A DNA stretch of 64,000 bases from Eledone cirrhosa (lineage: Eukaryota): contig OZ024743.1 in assembly GCA_964016885.1 (NCBI GenBank), positions 126,790,001 through 126,854,000 of the forward strand, in the 5' to 3' direction. The position numbers were made by a program, and so were the translations under genes. The notes under the pieces were generated by a model that did no database searches, was not told where the DNA came from, and saw only the letters and a program-made list of their open reading frames with translations. The first letter of the stretch is position 1, and the number at the start of each line of letters is the position of its first letter. This document shows, in pieces, positions 41,010 through 57,349 of the stretch.

Positions 41010-41210
41010 TTCCCAGGGAGATTCAGCGTGACACAATGTGTGACAAGGCTGGCCCTTTGAATTAGAGATACAACTGATATTTTTTCCAGTTGAGTGGACG
41101 GGAGCAACGTGAAATAATATGTTGCTCTAGGACATAACACGTTGTCAGGACTCGAACCCACGACCTTATGATCGCGAACCGAACAGGCTAACCACTATAC
41201 CATACACCTT
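41010..41210 (-). mobile_element. tRNA-derived SINE (family 2)
   Basis: Reverse complement match to 34585-34827. Confidence 0.75.
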
Positions 41211-41443
41211 CATTTACAGCAGCGATGACATAAATAACGAAGAAAGATCCTGTATCGTCTGCTACAGGTAATTTTACTTTATCTTCTCACATTGCCTCAC
41301 ATATTTTATTTCCACTTTTAAAAATAAACTTTCCAACTTTGTTGGACACCTAAGAAGTATCGCTGTATAGTCATGCATACACGCACACAGAGACACACAG
41401 ACACACAGACACACACACACACACACACACACATATGTATATA

Positions 41444-41914
41444 TATAGGCATACGTCAAAACGGCCGGTCTCAAAAGTGAAACTAATTTTTGACAGTTAC
41501 GTACACGTTATAAGGGTTATTTAAATTTATATATATAAAATAAAGGAGCAAATAAGAGCATGATATGAAGTCAGTCATGTGTGTGTGTGTATATATGTGT
41601 GTGTGTGTGTAAACGAATGTAAAAGTACACACACATATACACTTATATATGCACACATACACACTATAATATATACACGTGTGTGTGTATATATGTGTGT
41701 GTGTGTAAAATTCTAGGAAACCTTATCTATGTCCTACATATATTCTTTTACATTCGTTTACACACACACATATATACACACACACATGACTGACTTCATA
41801 TCATGCTCTTATTTGCTCCTTTATTTTATATATATAAATTTAAATAACCCTTATAACGTGTACGTAACTGTCAAACATTAGTTTCACTTTTGAGACCGGC
41901 CGTTTTGACGTATG

Positions 41915-41920
<6 letters not shown>
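41444..41920. repeat. Inverted repeat element in a TA tract
   Basis: 41444-41625 is the near-perfect reverse complement of 41746-41920. Confidence 0.85.
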
Positions 41921-42762
<842 letters not shown>

Positions 42763-42815
42763 TAAAAAACATGAGAAGAGGAATACTGCGTGGTTGCACA
42801 TGGGTTACATATTAT

Positions 42816-42895
<80 letters not shown>

Positions 42896-43313
42896 CAACT
42901 AACATCATTACTAACTCTCCCCACCACAGATAATTATGCATATACATATGTGTGCTTGCACATCTGTGCGCTCACGCATCGCCAACGCTACCACCACCAA
43001 CACTACCACCAAACACCACAAACAGCATATACACACACACCACCACCTTCACCATCACCGCCACATCATCTGTACCATTCGCCCCGGCGGCGCCCATTCT
43101 GTCACACCAATCTCTCCCACACCCAACAATTTATCGACACACTCTTTAAACCCCCGTCCCCTCTACAAACCCCACCCCACCACCACCACCACAACTTTAT
43201 ATTTTCTTTATAATTTTATTTAAAAATACTTTTTTTATTTTTTATTTTCTTTGCGCTTTTCCTTTTGCGTTTTCCCTGATGAAGGGAAAATGCCCGATAC
43301 GATGACTATGTAA

Positions 43314-43404
<91 letters not shown>

Positions 43405-43416
43405 ACACATATATAT

Positions 43417-43932
43417 AAAGAAAATTTCAGTCAAACGAAAAGATTTCCTGATGGAAGTTCAGGTGAATTCCGGGTTTATATCCAGTTTCAGAGTGAAAAT
43501 CCAAATTGAAAATCCAACGGATTTGAGAGGTCCACGTAAGTGTTAATATATACATGTATGTAAAAGGTAAACAGAAATAACAATACAATCGGTACAGTAT
43601 ATGGAAGGTATATATTAGGTTAACGCTTGATATAGCAGGAAGCGGGTCTTAGCGTTTCGGACGCTAGTCCTTCATCAAAATAAAGAATGAGAAATAAGAT
43701 AGATAAAAATAACAGGTCCATTCATATTGACATCTCTTATGGAGCTGTTATTTTTATCTAATGGCATTTTTTCCAATTCTGCCCCGCCCGTCCCTTCAAT
43801 CTATCTTATTTTTTTCTTTTGATGAAGGACTAGCGTCCGAAAGGTTAAGACCCTCTTCCATTTCAAGCGTTAACCTAATATATTCCTTCCATATACTGTA
43901 CCTATTGTGCTGTTATTTCTGTTTACGTTTAA
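43417..43932. mobile_element. Inverted pair of pLTRs from the Penelope-like family at 51.3-54.9 kb
   Basis: 43420-43535 matches 54768-54882 and 43558-43750 matches 51312-51542. 43745-43930 is the inverted copy. Hammerhead motifs at ~43645-43680 (-) and ~43817-43850 (+). Confidence 0.85.
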
Positions 43933-43956
43933 CACACACACACACACACACATATA

Positions 43957-44632
<676 letters not shown>

Positions 44633-44730
44633 ATATTAAATAAATGGAAAACTATATTTATAAAAGCATATTTATTTCATTATATATATTTCGGGGATAT
44701 CATATTAACAATATGCTATGCCTTCATCAG

Positions 44731-46279
44731 AACTTGGATTGTGTATCTAACCTGAGCTTGTGGAGGGGAACTGGAGAGGTTGTTGAGTGGTTTAGGCAAA
44801 TTAAATATAACAATAATAATAGGTTTATTCAACTTGATATAGCTAACTATTATTCTTCTATTACCCCTAGTCTACTAAATAAGGCACTAAATTACGCATT
44901 CAAACATACGGACCTAACTAGCAAAGAAATGCATATTATATTATCGGCTAGGAAAACTTTGATAGAATTTAATGACAAATTATGGACCAGAGCAGATAGA
45001 GATAGCAATTTTGACATAACTATGGGATCTTCCGACTCAGCTCAGGTAACTGACCTTGTGGGCTTATTTTTAATCAATTCGCTACATAGGAAAATACCTG
45101 GTACTACCGGAGGTTTATATAGGGATGACATGCTTTTACTTATTAATAATAATAACCCTGAACTAAATAGAAAATGTAAACAAATTACAAAATTTTTTAA
45201 TTACTTTAACCTTAAAATAGAAATTGAGAACAACCATAGAATAGTCAATTTCCTAGATATAACATTAAATCTCAACACATGTCTCCACTATCCTTTTCAC
45301 AAGTTGAATGAAAACTTAAACTATGTCAACTTTAACTCTAACCACCCCAGATCTGTCAAAAACACTATAGTAAACTCAGTCCAAAAACGTATCTCTAGGA
45401 TCTCGTCGAATAGAAAGATTTTTGACGAAAAGGCCCAGTACTATAATGATGCACTAGCTAGGGCAGGGTATGCTGATAAGATTGTGTACATAGATAATGA
45501 TAGACAAACTAAACAAAGTAACAACTTTTTTAATTACGGCAACAACATTAACAACTATAATAGAAAGCATTACAATAATTCCAAAGGACAAAAAAGAAAT
45601 AGAACTAGGAACATAATTTGGTTTGCCCCCCCCTTTCTCACTAAACATTAAAACCCACATCGCTAAATTATTTTTCAAAGCTCTTGATAATCGCTTCCCT
45701 AGAACACATAGGTATCACTCAATCTTCAATAGGCATACAATTAAATTAACCTACTCATCCACCAAAAATTTAGCACAAAATATTAATAGAATAAATAATA
45801 GGAACTTAAAACCTACTGATAATAGCATAGATAATATACAAGTTAACAAATGTAACTGTAGAGATAGATCTAAATGTCCGTTAAATAACAACTGCTTAGT
45901 TAAAAATATAGTATACAATTGTAATGTTAATACTGACTCTAATTCTTTTAACTACGTCGGTTCCACATCGACGGAATTTAAACTTCGCTATAATAACCAC
46001 AAGAATTCTTTCACAGATCCAAATAAAAAATCTTCAACGGCACTATCAGGCGTACTCTGGCAACTTAAGCTAGATAACGTTAGATATTCGACGGCTTGGA
46101 ATATAGTCTCAAGAGGGATTCCTTTTAATTCATCCTCTGAGACATGTGACCTCTGCGCAGAGGAGATATTCTTTATACTAAAATCTAAAAATTCCCTTAA
46201 CCTACGGACAAATTTATTCAGTTGTTGCAAACATAGATTAAACTCAACGTTTAAATATAAATTTAAATTTAAAATGTAG
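44731..46279 (+). pseudogene. Penelope-like reverse transcriptase plus GIY-YIG endonuclease; one frameshift near a C-run (~45626-45645)
   Basis: FIQLDIANYYSSI, FDITMGS, GLYRDD, FLDITL, SNHP; CNCR..CPL..CL, IVY..YVGST..FKLRYNNH, CDLCAEE, LN.R..CCKH. Confidence 0.92.
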
Positions 46280-47427
46280 TATATTTAGTTTGATTTATAT
46301 TTATATGAGAACTAGCCGATAAAATTTTTTGATTCCTAAATCTTTGATTCCCTCTTTTTACTCTTTTTTATTGTTTATTTTATTTTATTTATTTTTATTT
46401 TTATCTAAACATTCCTCATGAAAAATTAAGCTACCCTAAAAGCCGATGCTCCAAATTTTTTTGAATTAACCTTACACTAGATAAACTTCTATATTAAATA
46501 TAGGAACATATGTAGACATAATTGGACATCATAATCTTTTTGAGATGTTCTTTGCTAGATGTGATTTGATAGATAATTTTTGGCTTTGTCTTGTAATGAA
46601 CTTGGCAATATATTGTCAATTAACTCTGAAGGGTTGTTCTTTGTGGTTTATTTTTATTTTTATTTTTATTTTTATTTTTATTTTTATTTTTATTTTTATT
46701 TTTATTTTTATTTTTATTTTTATTTTTATTTTTATTTTTATTCTTTTAGTATTGTAGTATTCTATAATATTTTTTATTTTTTATTTTTATTTTTATTTTA
46801 TTTTTAATATTTTTAATTATCTTTAATATGTAAATTTTTAATACGTAATATTTTTTAATACGTAGTATTTTTAATATGCAATATTTTTATTATGTAATAT
46901 TCTTTCGTAATATTTTTTTAGTTTTCTATTCTATATTTTTACTTATTATTATTATTATTATTGTTATCTTTTTATTTTTAGTTTTGTTTATAATATAATA
47001 TATATTTTTTATTAGTATATTGAAATCTGCTCTCTATTTCTGCTTGATAGATAATCTTGTAGAGTAATCGCAAGAATAATAATACGCTCAAATTTTTATA
47101 CCACATTGAGAATGTTTTCCGGTAACCTAGAGTTTGCAGAGTGAATCAGTTGGATTCACATTGATGTTTGTAGCTGTCACATAGACATATGAATTTTTTA
47201 AAACTAAACATAAGATAATGAATTTTCACACATTGTGAATACTTGTTTCATTCAGGAATACTGATATTTACAATATAGTGTAAGTTTTATAAATACTAAT
47301 ACATTAAAACATAGGGTTTTCTACGCCTCGAATATGTCTGGCTATTTTTAAATTTTTTTTCTCTCTCTATATCTCTCTATATCTCTCTATATCTCTCTAT
47401 ATATCTCCCTTACATTAATACTTGAGC

Positions 47428-47466
<39 letters not shown>

Positions 47467-47837
47467 ATGTATCATTGATACACTTACTCAAAATGACCTC
47501 CCACTACCTAATTTTCTATATATATATATGTATCTATCTCTATTTCCTCTCTCTCTATATATATATATATCTCTTTCTGTCTCTTTACATGAAGCTCTTC
47601 GCTTTATCTATTTTTCCATCTCTCTATTTTGTTCCATACATTTCTTCTATTTCTTTTTCTTCTTTTTCTTCCTTTTCTTCGTTTTGTCTTTCTTTCTTTT
47701 TTTTTCCCTCTTTTTTTTTTTTTTTTTTTTCTCTCTCTTTCTTTCTCTCTGTATTTTCACTGCTAGCGTAAACCTCTTCAAATGAAGTCGATGTTTATTA
47801 CGGTATGTCGAATATATTTATCTATAAAACTGTTTAT

Positions 47838-47910
47838 ATTTATTTTGTCTGATGAAGGCATAGCATATTGTTAATATGATATCCCCGAAATATATATAAT
47901 GAAATAAATA
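47838..47910 (+). ncRNA. Minimal type I hammerhead ribozyme in the pLTR
   Basis: atttattttgt-CTGATGA-[imperfect stem II]-GAAA-t-atat-a-TA-atgaaataaat: 11 bp stem I and a palindromic tetraloop in stem III. Confidence 0.8.
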
Positions 47911-48048
47911 TGGTTTTATAAATATAGTTTTCCATTTATTTAATATTGTAAATATACTCCAAATATTTGTCGAGTGCTTTTATATCAGTTATAAATATTT
48001 ACTAGTTGTAACCCAACAATTTTAAATATAACTTTACATATATATATG

Positions 48049-48171
<123 letters not shown>

Positions 48172-48274
48172 ATGTATGTATATATATATATATATGTATG
48201 TATATGTATGTATATATATATATATATATGTATGTATATGTATGTATATATATATATATATATGTATATGTATG

Positions 48275-48305
<31 letters not shown>

Positions 48306-48356
48306 GTATGTATATATATATATATGTATGTATATGTATGTATATATATATATGTA

Positions 48357-48534
<178 letters not shown>

Positions 48535-48569
48535 GATATATGTATGTATGTATATATATATATATATAT

Positions 48570-49286
<717 letters not shown>

Positions 49287-49299
49287 ATATATATATATA

Positions 49300-50729
49300 T
49301 TAATAAGGGCGCTGCGGAGTTGCAAATGGGTTACATATGAAAAAAGTTTGTCCTTCCTCAGTGATCTTCCAACTATCATAGGCATTTCATCGCTTTAAAG
49401 ACCATATACCTCCGGTTGGTGCGAGCAACGGCTAAAAAAAGTCGTTGGGACACGTAAATAAAGGGGACGCGAGGGTAAACAAACAAAATGGTGAGGCAAC
49501 AGAAAGTGAGGAAGAAGGAGACAAGTCCCAGATTTCTATGAATTTAAGTTCGGTGAAATCGTGAACGAGAGAATAAAGACCATCAAACCTGGTTGAAATG
49601 TGAGCAAGGAAGGAATTTCCCACAGGTCTAACGGGAGGAAGAAGGGGTCTGGTCTGCCACTACCTCTCCTCCTCCTCCTCTTTCTTCCCGTTTGACCTGT
49701 GAGTAACTCTTTTCTCTCACATTCTCGGCCAAGCTGGTCGGAATTTTCTCTCTCTCGTCTACGATTTCACAGAACTTATGTTTACCGAATTCACAGACCA
49801 GACCCCTTTTCCTCCCGTTAGACCTGTGCGAAATTCCTTCCTTGCTTACATTCCAACCAGGTTTGATGGTCTTTATTCTCTCTCGTTCACGATTTCACCG
49901 AACTTAAATTCATAGAAATCTGGGACTTGTCTCCTTCTTCCTCACTTTCTGTTGCCTCACCATTTTGTTTGTTTACCCTCGCGTCCCCTTTATTTACGTG
50001 TCCCAACGACTTTTTTTAGCCGTTGCTCGCACCAACCGGAGGTATATGGTCTTTAAAGCGATGAAATGCCTATGATGGTTGGAAGATCACTGATGACGGA
50101 CAAACTTTTTTCATATGTAACCAATTTGCAACTCCGCAGCGCCCTTATTAACATATTTACACATATTTTTTCCTCTGCTGCTACACCGTCTTTTTCGTTC
50201 TATGTATCTTTACCCTTTCTAGCAGTCTCTCTCTCTGTTAGCCTCTTCCCCACCTCACCCTTCACTCACTCATTCTCTGTCACTACCGCTCCTCCTCCTC
50301 CTCTTTCTTCCCGTTTGACCTGTGAGTAACTCTTTTCTCTCACATTCTCGGCCAAGCTGGTCGGAATTTTTTCTCTCTCGTCTACGATTTCACAGAACTT
50401 ATGTTTACCGAATTCACAGACCAGACCCCTTCTTCCTCCCGTTAGACCTGTGCGAAATTCCTTCCTTGCTCACATTTCAACCAGGTTTGATGGTCTTTAT
50501 TCTCTCGTTCACGATTTCACCGAACTTAAATTCATAGAAATCTTGGACTTTTCTCCTTCTTCCTCACTTTCTGTTGCCTCACCATTTTGTTTGTTTACCC
50601 TCGCGTCCCCTTTATTTATGTGTCCCAACGACTTTTTTTAGCCGTTGCTCGCACCAACTGGAGGTATATGGTCTTTAAAGCGATGAAATGCCTATGATAG
50701 TTGGAAGATCACTGATGAAGGACAAACTT

Positions 50730-50730
<1 letters not shown>
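49300..50730. mobile_element. Family B-related element: one inverted arm plus a tandem dimer (period 623 bp) in (TA)n
   Basis: 49301-49656 is antisense; sense copies at 49657-50151 and 50152-50730. Confidence 0.85.
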
Positions 50731-50762
<32 letters not shown>

Positions 50763-50854
50763 GTAATAATAATAAATTTGAAGACTAAAATCCAAAGAGG
50801 GCTCGATAAGGATAAATATATATCAAATATATAAGAACCGTAGAGCAAATAATT

Positions 50855-51077
<223 letters not shown>

Positions 51078-51254
51078 GCATATATACATATGTTTTATGT
51101 GTGTGTGTATACATAGATATATACACAAATACACACACACACGCGCACACACACACACATATATATATACAAACATACATATATATATATATACATACAC
51201 ACACACACGCACACACACATATATATATATATACGCATACATATATATATACAT

Positions 51255-51308
<54 letters not shown>

Positions 51309-51397
51309 ATATATGTAAAAGGTAAACAGAAATAACACAATCGGTACAGTATATGGAAGGTATATATTAGGTTAAAGCTTGATATAGCAGGAAGCGG

Positions 51398-51436
51398 GTC
51401 TTAAAGTTTCGGACGCTAGTCCTTCATCAGAAAAAA
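51398..51436 (-). ncRNA. Minimal hammerhead motif in the pLTR
   Basis: CTGATGA-a-ggac-tagc-gtcc-GAAA-c-tt-TA-aga; stems I and III are weak. Confidence 0.65.
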
Positions 51437-51865
51437 GAATGAGAAATAAAATAGATTGAGGGGACGGGCGGGATAGAATTGGAAAAATGTCTTTAGATAA
51501 AAATAACAGGTCCATTCATGTTGAGACCTCTTGCAAAACTGTTGGTGCTGACGTTTTGTGTATGATTTGTTTTTTAGAAAAGTGGATGATGGAATGCGTC
51601 TACCTGAAATGGAAAAAAAACGTACATAAGCATGTGTTTGTGTGTGTGTCTGTGTGTGTCTGTGTGTGTGTGTCTGTGTGTTATTATAGGTCCGTACGAA
51701 GCTAAGAAGAAATGTGTGTGTATATGTGAGTAAAAGAGTGTGTGTGCATGTAAGTACGAAGCTATGAGCAAAAGTATGTTAATATAGGAGTGTGTATAGG
51801 CATGTATTAGTTGTAAGAGAAGCTGTTAATGATCAAGAGAAAGCGAGAGGAATCTAGGGGTGTGA

Positions 51866-54560
51866 TTATGGACGGGGTATTAGAGAAATTGAGGAGGTGA
51901 GTCCAAGAGGGGAATAGGACACAAGGCGGTGAATCAGACTTTGTTCAGTCCTGGTGCGCGAGGCCTGTGATCCATGATGTAAAAGGACATCCAGGACTGA
52001 AACATGTAGGGAAGAATGACAAGGAGAACAGAAATGACGGGCGACAGGTGTATCCAAACCGAGTCATATGACCCTCAAATGTTCGACAAAACGGTCCGCC
52101 ATACGGCGTCTCGTTTGTCCGATATATAGAGACCCGCAAAGGGAACACCGGAGGGCATAGACAACGTGGGTGGATGTGCAGGTGAAGGAATGGCGGATAC
52201 GGAAAGACCCGTTAGGGCCTGTAAGAGTGGTGAGGGTGGAAATGAAGAGACAAGTGTTGCAGCGGGAACGGGAACAAGGATGAAAGCCGGGTGGAGTCGT
52301 GGGAGAGGACGAAAAGGAACTGCGAACCAGGGGGTCGCGGAGGTTGCTTAAACGTAGAAATGGGTGGGTGTGAAAAAGAGCGAGAAGTGACGGGGTCAGA
52401 AGAGAGGATACGGAAGGAACGGAGGATATGTCGCCGCAGTGGTAGGGTGATGGGGTGGTAGGTGAGAGGGAAAGGAACATGGGTGTTGGGAGGGTGGGGT
52501 TGAGGTGAGAGGGCTGTGGTGCGGTCTGTTTCACGGGCGCGGGTGAGAGCAGCTTGGATCAAGGTGGGTAGGATATCCACGCTGGATGAAGCAGGAAGCC
52601 ATGCGAAGGGAATGGGTTTCGAAATCGTCATTCTGGTTACAGAGTCGACGAAGACGAAGGAATTGGGAATAGGGTATGGAGTGTTTGGTGTGGGTTGGAT
52701 GGGAGGAGGTAAAGTCGAGGTAAGATGGGTGTCTGTTGGTTTAATGAAGATGGAAGTAGAGAGGGTGTGGTGAGAGTGATTAATAGATAGAGAGATATCT
52801 AGAAAAGCGACAGAAGAATCGGAGACGGAGGCAGTGAAATTGAGAGCAGGATGGAAAGATTGGACAAAAGAAAGAAAACAGTCGAGTTATTCTCGTGATA
52901 GAGAGGTGGCGCCGATACAGTCGTCGATATAACGACCGTATAGCTCAGGAGTCGGTCCAGCGTACTGGGAGAAGATCTGGGCTTCGACGTAGCCAACAAA
53001 CAAGTTGGCATAGTTTGGACCCATTCTGGTTCCCACCGCTACCCCAGAGACCTGCTGGTAAAATTCACCCGAAAAAGAAAATCCATTAAGGGTGAGAACA
53101 AGCTCAGCCAGACGGAGAAGAGTGGTAGTGCTGGGGTAAGGGGGTAGGGCGTAAATCTAAAAAATGCTGGAGAGCGCGGAGGCCGTCATCATGAGGAGTG
53201 ACGGTATAGAGAGAGTTGATGTCCAGGGTAAAGAGAAGGCGGGAGGGACCAGGATGGAAGGAGAAAGAGTTGAAGAGTCTAAGGGCATGATTTGTATCGT
53301 GGATGTTGGAGGGGAGATTGCCGACCAACAGGGCGAGGATAGTGTCTAAATATTCAGAAATTATCTCGGTGGAGCAGTTGCACGCAGAAACGATAGGACG
53401 GCCAGGATTATTTTGTTTGTGTATTTTGGGGAGGAAGTAGATGGTGGGTGTGCTAAGGGTGCGTACAATAAGGTTGGTGGCTGTGGGGGTAGGTGAGAGG
53501 AGCAGATGAGCTCGTGGATGGTGGGGGACACGAGTTGTTGGTAGCCAGGAGTGGGCTCGGAGGATAAAGGGCGGTAAAAAAATGGTATTGTGAACCTGGC
53601 GGAGATCCTCAGCCCTATAGAGGTCAGCGCTCCAAACCACCACAGCGCCACCATTGTCAGCGGGTTTGATGACAATGTCATCGCGACGCCGAAGGTTGCG
53701 AAGAGCGGAGAGTTCAGTTCGCGTGATGTTAGAACGACGAGAATGCTGGTGGAAACGGAACTGATTCACAGTACGCCGGCAAGTACCGACAACGGAGTCG
53801 AGGGTGCTGAACTGGCCAGAGCTCGAGTCCAATGTGATTGACGGCGACGGAGACGAGTGAAGTCATCCTTCTGTGTCGATGATGGCGTGTCGTGAAAAAA
53901 AGCTTTCAGCTTTAATCGATGGAAGAACCCTTCAATCTCGGCACGTGTGCGGAACTCGTCGCAGGTAGATGTGGTTGGTATAAAACGCAAACCACGGGCG
54001 AGGAGGGAGCGCTCAGCTTCGGAGAGTAGTAGGTCCTGGGGTATGGTGACTACAGTGCAGGGACGTGAGAGAGTGAAAGAGGCGGAGGCGGAGGGGTCAA
54101 GGTGGTTGGGCAAAGCGTGTGCAGATTCAGTGGTAGGTGACGGGATAGAGGGGTTAGGGTTGGAGGTGATATGAGTATGGGTGGTGACGGCAGGCGGGGA
54201 GCGGAGAGAGTCGAGTTTATGATTTTTTTACGGAAGTGAGGAAATTGAAAAGGAAGCGATTGAGGTAAAGGATGAATTGGATAAGGGATTGGTCGAAGAA
54301 AGGGTGGCAAGTGGAGGAGAGATGGAGGTAAGCCTTGGGAAGATCTCGGTCGAGAGAACGGATTTGGGCGAGAGTTGATCGAATGTTCGCCCGCATGAGC
54401 TGGTGAGAGGAGCGGGTAAGGATGGGCTCAGTGGTGGGAGCAGAGTAAGAGGTGGGGTGATACTTGAGGCGGAAACCGCGGGGAATGAGGTGGTGGTGGA
54501 GACAGCGACTTAAAAATATGATGTGACTGTTGTATCGTGTTTTGGTGAAGATGAGGTTGG
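51866..54560 (-). pseudogene. Penelope-like ORF (N-terminal domain, RT, Cys-rich linker, GIY-YIG), multiple frameshifts
   Basis: HIIFLSRC..LIPRG, GLRFIPT, IVIKPADNGGAVVV, YFLPKIHK..PGRPIVS, LDINSLYT, RYIDD, PCSRSRCNTC, VVYALRC..LYIGQT, PVARHF, PLGL. Confidence 0.92.
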
Positions 54561-54882
54561 AGGGATGCAGGGAAGATTGGATGCATATAGGGGGGGGGGG
54601 GGGCGCTTGAGAGTAGAATGGAGCTGGCGGAGAAAAGATTTGAGATTGGGCATATTGAAGGGTGGGAGTGAAAAATAGACGGGTTAGAAGAAGAAGGTGG
54701 TGTAAGAAGATTGTAGTAGAGGAAAAGTGGTAGAGAGTCGTGGAATATTTAAATGCAAGAAGCAAAGAAAATTTCAAAGATACGAAATATTTCCTGGTGG
54801 AAGTTCAGGTGTACTCCGGGTTGGTATCTAGTTTCGAGGTGAAAGTCCAATCAGAAAATCCAACGAATTTTGAGAGGTCCAC

Positions 54883-54919
<37 letters not shown>

Positions 54920-55308
54920 TACATACATACATGGTGGCTGCCAACTCGTTTTCGAGTCCGGCCACTACTTTATATCCATGTAGGAGAACCCCTACCGATG
55001 CGCTGAACGAGTGTGACTTTTTAGTCCAGCCAGTGACTTGAAAACTCTGGTACAAACACTACACTTGTGACAATTATTGACACATAGTGCTGGGCCCATG
55101 GTACCATGTGACGACAAGTGCAGAGAGATCTCCAGATATAAAGCAATGCCTGTGCCGTGAAGCTTTTATAGTGAGCAAAGGCACTGCACAAAGCCAGTCC
55201 CACTCTCTTAACCAAGATGATATTTACCAAAAAGAAGAACAAGTCAACATCATTGGATACCATCAGAGTTGCAGGTGTTATATCAGAGTTTTCCTTCTCC
55301 TAGAATTC
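54920..55308 (-). mobile_element. 5'-truncated copy of the ~610 bp RTE-type element
   Basis: Reverse complement of 48803-49180; flanked by (ACAT)n on both sides. Confidence 0.85.
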
Positions 55309-55590
55309 ATACATACATACATACATACATACATACATACATAAAGAGAGCCACAAAGAAGACAGGGGGAAGATATTAAAGAGAGGAAGTGATATGAGAG
55401 CAACAGAGAAAGAAAGAGTGCATGAGGGAGAGTAAGAGAGAGAGAGAGAGATAGAGAGAGTTATCTATGATGCTGATTCTACACATAAAACTACACTGCT
55501 TTCGGCAACTCTCCCATGCAGGTGTAGGGTACGGGACGTGTATACATACACGCATACCTCACACACACATACATACACACATACATACAT

Positions 55591-55638
<48 letters not shown>

Positions 55639-55884
55639 ACAGAGAGGGAGAGAAAGAGTCAACGCGCATACATATACAAACAGGTATGTGATTGTATGTG
55701 TCTGTGTGTGTGTGTAAGTATCTGTGTGTGTGTATGTGAATGCGGATATTTATCAGAAAATTCCAGCAAAACAGAGATAACGAGATAAAAAGGGCTTAGT
55801 GAAATGGTAGAGGAAATTATGCTAAAGCTCCAGCGTGGCCGGAACCATAAGAATCCGAACAATGAAGGATGTAAAGAACACGCG

Positions 55885-55953
<69 letters not shown>

Positions 55954-56684
55954 CAATGTGGTTACTGAACCTGCTAGAAGTAGAAACCAAATCTCCCTCC
56001 AATTACACGTGGCCATCTTAAGGGACGGTAGCATGGTCTTGGCTTGAACGCTTGGATGGTAAATTTAATTCGTCGCCCGGTTTAAGATGATCACCAGGCC
56101 CTTGGGTACCTTTAGTAGAGTCCACTCTGTTGCAAGCATTCGAACCGGGTCTCCTATTTGAGGACACATTTTCTCCCCAACTCTACCCTCCTCTCACAAG
56201 TCTCGGAGGCACTGAAAAATGTTATGGATCCAGACCGGTCGTCAAGCTTTAGTACTCAGGTGGCAGGCCCTTTGCCAAACTTTGGTGTTCGGGGTTGCTT
56301 CAGAGCAGTTTCGGTTCGCACTCTAATTCACAATAATTCTTATGTGGTGTTTCGCAATAAACATATCACCGTCATTTTTGTCTCAATCTAAGGGTGCGCC
56401 ATTGAAAAGAAGGTGTGTGTTGGAGGGGGGGGGGGGGTAATCATGCATAGATACTTCCCTCCCCTTTCTGACTAAACAGTACAATAAAAAATCTGGAGGA
56501 CTATTCCTTTATTTGAAGTACTTTTCAACTATCTGTGGCGGTCGATTTGACAGCCTTTAGAACATTGGAGTTTTGACTCTTTCTGTTCTGAATGTTTAAA
56601 TATTTAAATTATCTTTAAGGTCCCTTTTGCCTTTAATCTTTTCTGGAGTCAAATAGATTAAGCACCAACTGAGTGTTGGTGCGG

Positions 56685-56755
<71 letters not shown>

Positions 56756-57000
56756 TCTTCTTCTTCTTCTTCTTCTTCTTCTTCTTCTTCTTCTTCTTCT
56801 TCTTCTAACTGACACGTCCTGGATATTCCACTGGAAGAAGAGTCGAGAGTGTGTCTATCTGCTCGCACTACATGGGCAACTACAGACCCTTAGCAAAAAC
56901 ATGGTGCATGCTACCACGTCATACCCGATTGCTAGTGATGGCCGTAGTACTAAACTAACCATATATGTGTTAATATATATATATATATATACATACATAC

Positions 57001-57108
<108 letters not shown>

Positions 57109-57349
57109 GATCACACATTCACAGATGTTGGACCATGCCCTTTACCTAATATGGCCATTTGGAATTCTCCCGCTTTCTTCAACACTCTCTCTTCAACCAT
57201 TGGCACTCTACCAGCTTATGGCCTTTTCACTTTCTTGCGCTCTTTCTTTCTTTTTTCTCCTCCTCTCTCTTCCCCCTCACTGTTAGTCTCTCACATACGA
57301 TGCAACATCTATAGCCTTTGCTTCTCTCACTGTAATACCTCCAGTGCCA

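Larger units (their letters stand above)
51311..54882 (-). mobile_element. Penelope-like element (Neptune-type), about unit length, decayed
   Basis: Complete domain series plus a 3' pLTR hammerhead; (TA)n on both flanks. Confidence 0.92.
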
